Positions 41,793 to 51,714 of a DNA stretch of 64,000 bases are shown here, piece after piece. The stretch spans positions 6,088 to 70,087 of the forward strand of contig CALZJE010000003.1 in assembly GCA_945787715.1 (NCBI GenBank), written 5' to 3'. A model generated the notes under the pieces. It did not search any database and was not told where the DNA came from. It saw nothing but the letters and a program-made list of their open reading frames with translations. The position numbers and the translations under genes were made by a program. The stretch is from an uncultured Ectothiorhodospiraceae bacterium. GTDB taxonomy: Bacteria; Pseudomonadota; Gammaproteobacteria; S012-40. Each line of letters opens with the position of its first letter. Within the stretch, counting starts at the first letter, position 1.

Positions 41793-42301
41793 AAGCCATC
41801 ACAATTGTTGATTTATTGCGTAGAGCGGGTATCGAAGTTGTTGCAGCTGGATTAACTCATGAGCCGATTAAGGCGAGTCGCGGTACCACCCTAATTGCAG
41901 ATTCTCTATTAAGTGATGTAATCGATCGTGACTATGATATGGTCGTGCTACCCGGTGGTTTGCCAGGTGCAGATCATTTAAACGGCAATAGGCAATTGCA
42001 TCAGTTGTTACAAAAAATGAATTCAAACGGAAAATGGTTAGCGGCAATTTGTGCAGCACCAAAAGTTTTTGCGAAAGCTGGTTTGCTTAAAGGTAAAAAA
42101 GCGACAAGTTTTCCCGGTTCATTGGATGGATACGATCTTTCAGAGATAGATTATCGGGAAGAAGCTATTGTGATTGATGGGAATTTGGTCACATCGCGTG
42201 GCCCTGGTACAGCAATGGATTTTGCTTTAACGTTAATTGAACTGCTGGAAGGCAAAGAAACAAGAGATGCAGTAGAAAAGCCATTACAACGCCCAACTTA
42301 G
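41747..42301 (+). CDS. DJ-1/PfpI family protein (YajL/ThiJ-like)
   Basis: 184 aa with the nucleophile-elbow Cys (AICAAP). Strong RBS AAAGGAG. Overlaps the upstream ORF by 46 nt. Confidence 0.75.
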   Translation: MASVLIPLAQGCEELEAITIVDLLRRAGIEVVAAGLTHEPIKASRGTTLIADSLLSDVIDRDYDMVVLPGGLPGADHLNGNRQLHQLLQKMNSNGKWLAAICAAPKVFAKAGLLKGKKATSFPGSLDGYDLSEIDYREEAIVIDGNLVTSRGPGTAMDFALTLIELLEGKETRDAVEKPLQRPT

Positions 42302-42308
42302 AATCGCT

Positions 42309-42354
42309 AGGAGCTTGTCCGAGTATGCGTTCTATTCTCGGACAAGCTCCTTTG
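42309..42354 (+). terminator. Rho-independent terminator after the DJ-1 gene
   Basis: 15-bp perfect stem AGGAGCTTGTCCGAG / CTCGGACAAGCTCCT. Confidence 0.65.
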
Positions 42355-42436
42355 GAACTGTGCTGATATTAATCAGTCTACGTAGTCATTCTACGACATT
42401 ATCTATTAAACACTATATTTTGGAAGATACATCTAC

Positions 42437-43408
42437 ATGAGTTCTGCATTTGAAAGCATCAAATCTTATTTAAACTATCTTGATCAGCAAATTATTGGTC
42501 AAACTACTTTAACTAAACGCCTATTTATTGCACTACTTGCTGATGGTCATTTGTTAGTGGAAGGTGCACCAGGATTGGCTAAAACCACAGCAATCAAAGC
42601 ACTTTCAGATGGTTTGGAAGGAGACTTTCATCGAGTTCAGTTCACACCAGATTTATTACCAGGCGATTTAACCGGCACAGAAATCTACCGCCCACAAGAT
42701 GGATCGTTCGTTTTCCAACAAGGTCCGTTGTTTCATAATCTCTTATTAGCAGATGAGATCAATCGCGCTCCTGCAAAAGTGCAATCAGCTTTATTAGAGG
42801 CAATGGGTGAACATCAAATTACAGTGGGCAGAACAACTTATAAACTGCCTGAACTATTTTTGGTAATGGCAACGCAAAATCCCATCGAACAGGAAGGTAC
42901 ATATCCATTACCTGAAGCACAATTAGATCGCTTTTTACTTCACGTCAATATTACTTATCCTAGTATAGAATCTGAAAAGAAAATTCTACAATTGGTGAGA
43001 AACCAGGCTTTATCAAAACCAGTAACAGCAGTAGAAAAGCCTGAAGAAGTAACCCAAGCTATGCTGTTTGAAGCCCGCGAAGCGACTTTGAATTTACATA
43101 TGTCAGATGCGATCGAAGAATATATTGTGCAACTTATCGCAGCTACACGTAATCCATCGGTATACGGCGATGATTTGGCGAACTGGGTGATGTATGGTGC
43201 CAGTCCTCGTGGGACTATTGCATTGGATCGCTGTTCCCGTGCAGTTGCATGGTTAGCGGGTCGTGATTATGTTTCACCGGAAGATGTGCAGGAAATTATC
43301 GGTGATGTATTGCGTCATCGTATCTTGATGTCATTCGAGGCAGAAGCTGAAGGAATCACTTCAGATAAGTTTATTGAAGAGTTGGTTAATCGCGTTCCTG
43401 TTCCATAA
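42437..43408 (+). CDS. moxR: MoxR-family AAA+ ATPase
   Basis: Walker A GAPGLAKT and Walker B LLADEINR. First gene of a Bat-type operon. Confidence 0.85.
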   Translation: MSSAFESIKSYLNYLDQQIIGQTTLTKRLFIALLADGHLLVEGAPGLAKTTAIKALSDGLEGDFHRVQFTPDLLPGDLTGTEIYRPQDGSFVFQQGPLFHNLLLADEINRAPAKVQSALLEAMGEHQITVGRTTYKLPELFLVMATQNPIEQEGTYPLPEAQLDRFLLHVNITYPSIESEKKILQLVRNQALSKPVTAVEKPEEVTQAMLFEAREATLNLHMSDAIEEYIVQLIAATRNPSVYGDDLANWVMYGASPRGTIALDRCSRAVAWLAGRDYVSPEDVQEIIGDVLRHRILMSFEAEAEGITSDKFIEELVNRVPVP

Positions 43409-44359
43409 ATGGAAAATATCAATCTAAACGAAGTTCCCGATAACGTACTAGTATCTTTAAATAGTTTACTGGCGTTACGATATAGCAGTGGAAAAACTTT
43501 TCACAAAACCTATAAAAAGTCAGGCGCACTAATGTCTGGTAATTTTTCGTCGCCATTCAGAGGTCGTGGTATCGATTTTTCTGAAGTCCGTTTATATCAA
43601 CCGGGCGATGATATTCGCAATATGGATTGGCGCGTCACTGCACGCACCGGCAAACCTCATACAAAATTATTTACTGAAGAACGTGAACGCCCGGTTTTGT
43701 TTGTCTTCGACAGTGGTTCGAGCATGCAGTTTGGAACCAAAGTCGCATTTAAAACCGTGACTGCGGCAAATACCATTGCAATACTGGCTTGGTCGGCAAT
43801 ATCACATGGTGATCGTGTCGGAGGATTGCTATTTGACGGTGAAAATCATGAAGAAGTAAAACCAGCAGGTGGTAAACGCGGCATCTTGAAATTTTTAAAA
43901 AAACTGGTGGATTGGAACAAACAAAGTTTTATTAATCGATCAGAAACCCAGGCGACAAATTTTCATGACGTCGTCGCGCGTTTAAGAAGAACAGCAAAAC
44001 CCGGTAGTCTGGTTTATATCGTGAGTGACTTTATAAACCTTGATAGAAACTCACAGCTCCACTTAGGGCAGATAGCTCAACATTGTGATATTGTTTTAAT
44101 ACAAATTTTCGATGTTATTGAAAAAAATCCACCACCACCGGGAAGTTACATGATCACCGATGGTAAAACATTTGAAAATTTGGCGATGGATAGTGGTGAT
44201 ATGCAAAAGGCATTTCAAAATGAATTTACACATCGGCAAGAAAATATCCAAAAATTTTGTACTAGACACGGCATCCACTATCTATCCTTAAGCAATGCGG
44301 ACAATGTACAACAAGTTGTCCGTGATGAACTGACACACAAAATTCTCAAGACGTTATAA
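43409..44359 (+). CDS. DUF58 domain protein (MoxR-associated, VWA-like)
   Basis: Position and size (316 aa) match the second gene of Bat/MoxR operons. Confidence 0.7.
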   Translation: MENINLNEVPDNVLVSLNSLLALRYSSGKTFHKTYKKSGALMSGNFSSPFRGRGIDFSEVRLYQPGDDIRNMDWRVTARTGKPHTKLFTEERERPVLFVFDSGSSMQFGTKVAFKTVTAANTIAILAWSAISHGDRVGGLLFDGENHEEVKPAGGKRGILKFLKKLVDWNKQSFINRSETQATNFHDVVARLRRTAKPGSLVYIVSDFINLDRNSQLHLGQIAQHCDIVLIQIFDVIEKNPPPPGSYMITDGKTFENLAMDSGDMQKAFQNEFTHRQENIQKFCTRHGIHYLSLSNADNVQQVVRDELTHKILKTL

Positions 44360-44361
44360 AC

Positions 44362-44835
44362 ATGGATCAACTTCAAGAAGCACTAAAAGACTTGAGAGAT
44401 ATACATCAACCAGATCCGGTTTCAATCTGGCCACTGGCTCCCGGTTGGTGGATATTAATCGTTCTAGTGCCGGTGTTGATTTTCTTAATTCGTTATTTAA
44501 TGAAACGAAAAAGTACACCTAATTACAAAAAACTCGCATTAGAAGAACTGCAAAATATTATCGCCGATTTCGAAATTCAGCGAAACAGTCACAAAACAAT
44601 TGGTGAGATTTCGCTTTTTATACGCAAAGCACTAGTTGCAAAAAAGGGTAATGAACAAATAGCAGGCTTAATTGGTGATGACTGGCTGGATTATCTCGAT
44701 AAGATCAGTGGCACAGAACTATTTTCAAAAGGTGGTGCATCAATTATTGCAACATCGCCTTATCGTAAACAGCATGAAGATCACGATTTGCAAGATCTTT
44801 TTTCGGCAACAAAAAGTTTGGTTAAAAAACTATAA
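44362..44835 (+). CDS. DUF4381-like small membrane protein of the Bat operon
   Basis: 157 aa with one TM helix, between the DUF58 and batA genes. Confidence 0.5.
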   Translation: MDQLQEALKDLRDIHQPDPVSIWPLAPGWWILIVLVPVLIFLIRYLMKRKSTPNYKKLALEELQNIIADFEIQRNSHKTIGEISLFIRKALVAKKGNEQIAGLIGDDWLDYLDKISGTELFSKGGASIIATSPYRKQHEDHDLQDLFSATKSLVKKL

Positions 44836-45839
44836 TGTTTCAATTTGAATGGATCGAAATGTTTCTTTTTTTACCATTACCGTGGCTTGTTACACTGTTA
44901 TTGCCTGGTGATGAGTCAAAAACATCTGCATTGAAAGTGCCTTACTTTAAACAGTGGCATAAAATTCAACAGAGTGTACGTTCAGTTTATCACGGCAAAC
45001 GCAAATCAAGTGTGCTGTTATATTTAGCGTGGGCATTGTTTATCACCGCTGCAGCAAAACCCATGTGGATTGGTGATCCAGTCAGTTTACCTTTGACTGG
45101 GCGTGATCTAATGATGGCTATTGATCTTTCTGGCAGCATGGAAAACCCCGATTTTCTACTCAATGGAGAAAAGGTTGATCGATTAACAGTTGTAAAAAAC
45201 GTCGCAGGCGATTTTATTGCCCGTCGTCAAGGTGATCGCATTGGGTTGATTTTGTTTGGTCGTCGTGCCTATGTGCAAACTCCGCTGACCTTTGATTTAA
45301 AAACTGTTGAATACATGCTGAAAGAAGCTGAGATCGGTTTGGCTGGAAAAGAGACAGCGATTGGGGATGGAATAGGCTTGGCGGTTAAACGACTGCGTGA
45401 CAAACCGGAACAGAGTCGAGTTTTAATTCTCCTCACAGATGGGGCTAATACTGCAGGTGAGATAGAACCACTAAAAGCGGCAGAATTGGCAAAAGAATTA
45501 GGATTAAAGATTTATACGATTGGTGTCGGTGCAGACTCCATGGAAGTCCAAACTTTTTTCGGTCGAAGTCGAGTAAATCCATCTGCTGATCTGGATGAAG
45601 GAACATTAACGAAAATTGCCGCCGAAACCGGTGGTGCCTATTTTCGCGCCAAAGATACAAAGGGGCTGGAAGACATCTACAAAAAGTTGGATGAACTGGA
45701 ACCAGCAATACAAGAAGCTGAAACATTACGACCTCAAAAATCGTTATTCTTTTGGCCTTTGTTAGCAGGTTTGTTAATCGCTTTCATTTACAGCGTTATA
45801 AACACAAAAATTATTTCGTTAAAGGGTGGTAGAGCGTGA
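44835..45839 (+). CDS. batA: VWA domain protein BatA
   Basis: N-terminal TM helices, VWA domain with DLSGSM MIDAS motif, C-terminal TM helix. Confidence 0.8.
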   Translation: MFQFEWIEMFLFLPLPWLVTLLLPGDESKTSALKVPYFKQWHKIQQSVRSVYHGKRKSSVLLYLAWALFITAAAKPMWIGDPVSLPLTGRDLMMAIDLSGSMENPDFLLNGEKVDRLTVVKNVAGDFIARRQGDRIGLILFGRRAYVQTPLTFDLKTVEYMLKEAEIGLAGKETAIGDGIGLAVKRLRDKPEQSRVLILLTDGANTAGEIEPLKAAELAKELGLKIYTIGVGADSMEVQTFFGRSRVNPSADLDEGTLTKIAAETGGAYFRAKDTKGLEDIYKKLDELEPAIQEAETLRPQKSLFFWPLLAGLLIAFIYSVINTKIISLKGGRA

Positions 45840-47659
45840 TGGAACAAATTCACTTTATGCGTCCCTATTTTTTCCTTTTATTTGTGGTGCTGGTTTTTCT
45901 TTTGTGGCGTTTATACAAGGCGTCGAAGAAAAACAGCGCCTGGTCAGATGTATGTGATCAGCAGTTGATTTCTTATCTATTAGTACAAACGGGGAAGAAA
46001 CGCAGCTACATTCCACTATTTTTACTTGCCGTTGTTGGTGTCTTAACTGTGATTGCTATGGCAGGTCCTGCCTGGGAAAAATTACCACAAGCCGTTTATA
46101 AAGATGAATCTGCACGTGTTTTTGTGTTGGATATGTCGCGCTCCATGGATTCCACGGATATTATCCCTAGCCGCGCTGACCGGGCAAAACTAAAATTGAT
46201 CGATCTACTCAAAGCTAATAAAGAAGGACAGTCAGCACTGGTTGTTTTTGCAGGCCAAGCACATATTGTTTCACCTCTAACAGATGATAGTAAAACTATC
46301 TCAAACATGGTGCCGAGTTTATCGACGGATATTTTACCAGTGCAAGGTAGTCGAGCTGATTTGGCCATCAAAAAAGCGGCATTACTCCTACAACAATCCA
46401 ACAGTGCTACCGGCGATATCATTATGATTACAGATGGTGTCAATCTTGGAAAATCATTAACTCTTGCTGAAAAAGCAGCAGCACGTGGTTATCGATTATC
46501 AATCATCGGTATTGGTACTGAGCAAGGTGCACCTGTTCCCGTTGCATCTGGTGGCTTTTTGAAAGATAACAATGGTGCCATTGTTTTACCTAAACTTGAT
46601 CGAAGTGAATTAAAAGAGTTGGCACTCGCCGGATCAGGGCGTTATCTCGATTTTGCTGTGGATGATAAAGATGTCAGACAGTTGATCACTTCAGCAAATG
46701 ATCGTGAATTAAATAACGAGAATCCTTTCACCCGTGATGTGGATCTCTGGCAAGACGAAGGACATTGGTTTCTGCTCGCTGCACTCCCATTTGCTGCATT
46801 AGGATTTCGTAGGGGATGGTTGGGTTCGGTTATCCTGGTATCGTTTATGTTACCTTCGAATGAAGTTTATGCCTTTGAATGGAAGGATCTTTGGCAAAAC
46901 AAAAATCAACAAGCAGCAGAACAACTACAACAGGGCAATGCTGATAAAGCGGCAACGTTATTTAAAGAAGAGAACTGGAAAGGTACGGCGTACTATCGTA
47001 ATGGTGATTTTGAAAAAGCGGCTGAGTATTTTTCTGAAACGGATTCGCCAGATGGAAAATACAACTACGCTAATGCATTAGCCAGGCAAGGCAAGCTACA
47101 AGAAGCGATGGATCTCTATGATGAAGTGTTGAAAGATAATCCCGAACATGAAGATGCAAAATTTAATAAAGAACTGGTCAGCAAGTTAAAACAAGAGCAG
47201 CAATCTGATCAAAAATCGGAGAGCGATGAGAATCAGGATGGTGAAAAGCAGGACGGTGAAAAAAACGACCAGCAAGATCAGTCACAATCTGATGAGTCAC
47301 AAGAGTCCGATCAACAGCAACAAAATCAATCTTCCGAATCTCAAGATGGAAAGGAAGGTGAGCAAGACCAGCAACAAATGAACGAACAAAAAGAATCTGA
47401 ACAACAACAATCAGAAGAGCAAAAAGCAGCTCAACAGCAACAAGACGAACAAGAGCAAGACAGCCAGCAAGAAGAACAAGTGCAAAAGCAGGAAAGTGAA
47501 GATAAGAGTGCCGAAGATGCTGAACGCAAGGAGATTCGACAAGCTACAGAACAGTGGTTAAGGCGAATACCCGATGATCCTGGTGGCTTGCTACGTGAGA
47601 AATTTCGCCGGGAAAATTTGCGTCAACGAGGTAGAGAAAATACGGAGGACGAGTGGTGA
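45836..47659 (+). CDS. batB: VWA plus TPR protein (BatB/BatC fusion-like) with a long Q/E/D-rich low-complexity C-terminal region
   Basis: VWA domain (DMSRSM), TPR region (NGDFEKAAEYF…) and a ~110-aa acidic Gln-rich tract encoded at ~47200-47530. Confidence 0.75.
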   Translation: MMEQIHFMRPYFFLLFVVLVFLLWRLYKASKKNSAWSDVCDQQLISYLLVQTGKKRSYIPLFLLAVVGVLTVIAMAGPAWEKLPQAVYKDESARVFVLDMSRSMDSTDIIPSRADRAKLKLIDLLKANKEGQSALVVFAGQAHIVSPLTDDSKTISNMVPSLSTDILPVQGSRADLAIKKAALLLQQSNSATGDIIMITDGVNLGKSLTLAEKAAARGYRLSIIGIGTEQGAPVPVASGGFLKDNNGAIVLPKLDRSELKELALAGSGRYLDFAVDDKDVRQLITSANDRELNNENPFTRDVDLWQDEGHWFLLAALPFAALGFRRGWLGSVILVSFMLPSNEVYAFEWKDLWQNKNQQAAEQLQQGNADKAATLFKEENWKGTAYYRNGDFEKAAEYFSETDSPDGKYNYANALARQGKLQEAMDLYDEVLKDNPEHEDAKFNKELVSKLKQEQQSDQKSESDENQDGEKQDGEKNDQQDQSQSDESQESDQQQQNQSSESQDGKEGEQDQQQMNEQKESEQQQSEEQKAAQQQQDEQEQDSQQEEQVQKQESEDKSAEDAERKEIRQATEQWLRRIPDDPGGLLREKFRRENLRQRGRENTEDEW

Positions 47660-49443
47660 GTAAGCGAGATAGAACAGTTGAACCATGGAAAGTGACACAA
47701 CCCAATGTTTCCCAGTTTAATCGCCTGGTCATCCTATTTTTATGTTTATTTTTTGCGTTTGATGTTAGCGCGAAAGTAAAAACGATGGTTGATCGAACCA
47801 CCATAGAATTTGGCGAAACCTTTCAATTAACCGTCGAAACCGACGGTGATGAACCTGAGTTGGATGTGCTTGAAAACCAATTCAACGTATTGGGAACTTC
47901 CGTGAATACTAGTGTGAGCATTATTAATGGTTCCTTGGAAAGTGTTAAAAAATGGATCGTGACACTGTCACCAATCCAAATAGGAAGCTTTGTCATTCCC
48001 GGCATTCGAGCAGGTAATAGCAAATCGGCACCTATACAAGTGGAAGTGATCCAACCAGTGATTCAAAAATCGGGAGAAGGACGGGATATTTTTCTCGAAG
48101 CTAAGGTAGACACCCCTAAAGCCTATGTGCAATCACAAGTTGTTTACACTGTGCGTTTATATCGAGCCGTTGAAATTCGTGAAGCATCACTGACTGAACC
48201 GGATTTGAATGACGTGGTACTGGAGCGTTTTGGTGAAGACATAACGTTTCAAACGCGTCGTAATGGTCGGCTTTATCATGTCACGGAGCGCAAGTTTGCT
48301 ATCTTTCCACAAAAGAGTGGAACATTGAATATACCGCCTGTGATATTCCAAGGTCAGATTCCCGATACCCGTTCGGGCCAACAACGTCAAACTAACGATC
48401 CATTCAATCGGTTTTTTCAAACCCAGCGCATGAAACGAATTCGAATTCAAAGTGAAGCTGTGGATTTAGACGTTAAACCGGAACCAGCAGCAACCAGTGC
48501 CAAGCATTGGTTGCCTGCTAAAGCATTTGAAATAACAGAAGCCTGGTCACCAGACCCACCAGTATTTAAAGTGGGTGAACCGATCACGCGAACACTGCGT
48601 ATGGAAGCGACAGGCCTGACTGGCGCTCAGTTGCCTGAACTAAAACTGTTTAACTCAAACGGCATAAAACAGTACAACGATCAGCCCGTGGTTGAAACAA
48701 AGTGGATTAATGCTTCATTGCATGGAATTCGTGTTGAAAAGTTTGCCATTGTACCAACGGAGAGTGGCAAATTAGTGCTTCCTGAAATTCGTCTCTACTG
48801 GTGGGATACAGAATTTGAGCGTGAAAAATCAATCTCAATTCCACCAAAAGTGATTAATGTTGCGGTAGCAGATAATGTAGCTCCTGCACCCCAAATACAA
48901 CAGTCAGCAGCTACCATTTCGGAAGAATCAGTTAGCAACATGGCTGATACAGCGAAAGACGTGGTTAAAATAGTTGTTGATGCAGGTAGGTGGCCACTCA
49001 TTGCATTGGTGTTAGGCCTGGGTTGGTTGGCCACGATTATCGCAATAGTGATTTTATGGCGACGGCAGAAAACCTTGGAGCCAGGCGTAGCTAGCACTAA
49101 CTCTTCTGTTGTTGATCAAGCTTCCATTGCACAAGCTAAAAGCCAATTAAAAACTGCGTGTAACGCAAACGATGCGGCGGCAGCTAATCAAGCGCTACTT
49201 ACCTGGGCCTCTGCAATGTGGCCAGAAGACCCACCGAGAAGTTTGTCCGTCATTGCTAAAAAAATGCACGATTCGACGTTAAGCCAACAGTTTAGGGAGT
49301 TAAACCATCGACTTTATTCAAAAGAAGAGAGAGCATGGGATGGTAATGCGTTTTGGAATGACATCTCTGTAAGGTTAAAAAAAACTCGGGAAACGAAAAA
49401 TAAAAAGGTAGAATCGTTACCAGATCTGTATCCACAATATTAA
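47653..49443 (+). CDS. batD: BatD (oxygen-tolerance) family protein
   Basis: 596 aa with a signal peptide and a C-terminal TM helix. Last gene of the Bat operon. Confidence 0.7.
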   Translation: MVSKRDRTVEPWKVTQPNVSQFNRLVILFLCLFFAFDVSAKVKTMVDRTTIEFGETFQLTVETDGDEPELDVLENQFNVLGTSVNTSVSIINGSLESVKKWIVTLSPIQIGSFVIPGIRAGNSKSAPIQVEVIQPVIQKSGEGRDIFLEAKVDTPKAYVQSQVVYTVRLYRAVEIREASLTEPDLNDVVLERFGEDITFQTRRNGRLYHVTERKFAIFPQKSGTLNIPPVIFQGQIPDTRSGQQRQTNDPFNRFFQTQRMKRIRIQSEAVDLDVKPEPAATSAKHWLPAKAFEITEAWSPDPPVFKVGEPITRTLRMEATGLTGAQLPELKLFNSNGIKQYNDQPVVETKWINASLHGIRVEKFAIVPTESGKLVLPEIRLYWWDTEFEREKSISIPPKVINVAVADNVAPAPQIQQSAATISEESVSNMADTAKDVVKIVVDAGRWPLIALVLGLGWLATIIAIVILWRRQKTLEPGVASTNSSVVDQASIAQAKSQLKTACNANDAAAANQALLTWASAMWPEDPPRSLSVIAKKMHDSTLSQQFRELNHRLYSKEERAWDGNAFWNDISVRLKKTRETKNKKVESLPDLYPQY

Positions 49444-49452
49444 AGGTTTCCA

Positions 49453-50043
49453 ATGGCTGGCAAACAAAAATCTAAAAGAAATTTAAAAAAAGAGGTTGTT
49501 CGTCTTTTTGAGCGATCATTTGATCTACAAAAACTGGATTACAAAAAACGCAGTATGTCATTAAAGCCAAAATCCATGTTGGTGGGTTTAGGTGTGGCAG
49601 CTGGTCTATATATCATTGGATTTGCATTGGCAAATTACGCAATGAGTAACAATGTTATTCCCTTGGAAGCCTTTGCAAAGCTGGTCTGGATAATGATGAT
49701 TCCAACAACTATCGTGGGAGCTCTAGCTTGGCAGATTGCAAAAAACCGAATGGAGTATCCTATTCGTCAGGATGTGCGTGAATATATGCACGGCCTGGAA
49801 CAGACAGGTGGATTATTGTGGAAATTCTCTCCGCTGATGGATATTATTGGTATAGACGATATGACCACCAAACGCGCACTAGCCCAATCCAAAGAGGACA
49901 AGTGGGAAGAAATAGAAATTGAAGACTACACCGATGCCGTATTTGCCCTGAACAAAGCGTTAGAGGGAACGGAAAACAAACAGTTTTCAACAGTCGTTGC
50001 AGAAGCCGTGTTAGAAAATTTCGGTAAGCTAGAAGCCAATTAG
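49453..50043 (+). CDS. Hypothetical membrane protein (two predicted TM helices)
   Basis: 196-aa ORF immediately after batD. No family recognised. Confidence 0.4.
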   Translation: MAGKQKSKRNLKKEVVRLFERSFDLQKLDYKKRSMSLKPKSMLVGLGVAAGLYIIGFALANYAMSNNVIPLEAFAKLVWIMMIPTTIVGALAWQIAKNRMEYPIRQDVREYMHGLEQTGGLLWKFSPLMDIIGIDDMTTKRALAQSKEDKWEEIEIEDYTDAVFALNKALEGTENKQFSTVVAEAVLENFGKLEAN

Positions 50044-50053
50044 GCATCTTCAG

Positions 50054-50761
50054 TTGAAAAAAGGAACAGACTATCAGGTGAGAGTAAGTGCGCGCGCTAA
50101 ACGCATGCGTATTAAAATCTCACCTGTTGGTAGTATAGAGGTTGTTATTCCAAAGCGAATATCATCCTTAGAAGTTGATCACTTTGTGCAAAGTAATATT
50201 GACTGGATCAACAACACCCAACAAAAACTCTCCGCACTTCGAGAAACAACACCTGAACTTGATTATTCCCCTCCCGATACCATTAACTTTGTGGCTGTCG
50301 ACAAAATATTCACCGTTCACTATAAATCCAATACCGACGAAAAATCTATCGTCGAAGATGGCCGACGACTAGCTATCAATGCATCTAATGATGATGAACG
50401 TCGAGATATTCTGAAATTTTGGCTTCGACAAAAAGCCAAACAAATACTCACACCCTGGATAAGCGAAGTCGCTCAACAACACGGATTTCAATTCAACCGA
50501 GTTACCATCAAAGCACAAAAAACTCGTTGGGGTAGTTGTTCCGCGATAAAGAATATTAATCTGAATAGAAATCTTCTTTTTGTTCCACCTGAGCTCGTTC
50601 ATTATTTGTTTGTTCATGAGTTAAGTCATTTGATTCATCTAAATCATTCGGCGGAGTTTTGGGATTTGGTTTCAACGTTTGAGCCTGGTTATAAACAACT
50701 AGATATGGCGCTAAATCGGGCGACACGGGATGTACCGTTGTGGGCTATGGATTTAAATTAA
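50054..50761 (+). CDS. YgjP-like metal-dependent hydrolase (M48/DUF45 HEXXH family)
   Basis: HEXXH motif FVHELSHLIHLNHS near the C-terminus, typical of COG1451. Confidence 0.65.
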   Translation: MKKGTDYQVRVSARAKRMRIKISPVGSIEVVIPKRISSLEVDHFVQSNIDWINNTQQKLSALRETTPELDYSPPDTINFVAVDKIFTVHYKSNTDEKSIVEDGRRLAINASNDDERRDILKFWLRQKAKQILTPWISEVAQQHGFQFNRVTIKAQKTRWGSCSAIKNINLNRNLLFVPPELVHYLFVHELSHLIHLNHSAEFWDLVSTFEPGYKQLDMALNRATRDVPLWAMDLN

Positions 50762-50830
50762 CAAGCTTAGTCAAAAGATATTTCTTTTAAGGGTACTGAT
50801 CCCTTTTATACATATTAAAGAAAATAATCA

Positions 50831-51280
50831 ATGCAAAAATTAATACGTAGAAAGATATTTCTAATACTACTATTTGCATGCCTGCCTATAAATTCTGCGG
50901 ATTTCGTTCTCCCTATTGAGTTAACTTGTAAAATATTCTTTTCAAATTATGCTGGTGTGAAACAGGCGGAAATTACAAGAATAGTTGTTTTGAAACATCT
51001 AAAGCATAATGCGAATGGCAGGGAAATGATTTCTCAAACCGATGATTTTGAGTTTTGGGTTATGTTGCACAGTGCTCAAACGCTTGATGGAAAACGATTT
51101 GTGAATAATTTTCAAGTTGCTATAAAAGAAAAAAAGACCGGTTTATTCGCACACGCGATGAGTGATTCCAGTCATTCATTTGACGTTAAACCAAAATCTG
51201 CAAGAATTAGTTTCGTGGAATATCATCCGGAATCTTTTATTGAAAGCGGTGAGTTATTTTTTAAGTGTGACTCTTTTTGA
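50831..51280 (+). CDS. Hypothetical secreted protein
   Basis: 149-aa ORF with a signal peptide. No family recognised. Confidence 0.35.
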   Translation: MQKLIRRKIFLILLFACLPINSADFVLPIELTCKIFFSNYAGVKQAEITRIVVLKHLKHNANGREMISQTDDFEFWVMLHSAQTLDGKRFVNNFQVAIKEKKTGLFAHAMSDSSHSFDVKPKSARISFVEYHPESFIESGELFFKCDSF

Positions 51281-51442
51281 AGCTATTTCGCGGCTGAAGG
51301 GGCAATCATTAGGATGAAAGAAACAGGTATATAGCACAACCCTATTTTCACTCCTCCTCATTCTTAGTTCAGATGGTAAAAATTCGTTGGAGGTCTGTGT
51401 GCATTAGCTATCGAAGTCAAAAAGCTAGCAAATTATCTTGAA

Positions 51443-51587
51443 TAAAGGGGTCGGTACCGAATGGCACTAACTTAAGCCCTTTCATCATTTATCAGTTTTT
51501 CAGAAATGCTATGTATAAAGGGTTTAAGTCACTGAACAAACTATGACAAATGCCCTTAAGGGAGTGGCATTCGGTACTGACCCCTTT
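51443..51587. repeat. ~145-bp MITE-like element with ~24-bp terminal inverted repeats (or a long structured RNA hairpin)
   Basis: The left arm AAAGGGGTCGGTACCGAATGGCACT (51443-51467) and the right arm AGTGGCATTCGGTACTGACCCCTTT (51562-51586) are reverse complements with 2 mismatches. Inner sub-repeats CTTAAGCCC / GCCCTTAAGGG. Located between convergent genes. Confidence 0.5.
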
Positions 51588-51714
51588 CCCGCTACTTGTT
51601 AGATGAAATAAATAAGCGGATATATTAATTTTTCTATTTATACTGTGCTTATAAAAGCGATTAAATTTATAGGTTGGCGCATATCAAAAGCAGTATGCGC
51701 CAGATATTGATTGT

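Noticed and set aside
51290-51440. Possible tRNA or small RNA just upstream of the MITE-like element (CT-rich segment CACTCCTCCTCATTCTTAGTTCAGATGG).
   Set aside because: No cloverleaf, T-loop (GTTCRANYC) or acceptor pairing could be built by eye. Left as intergenic.
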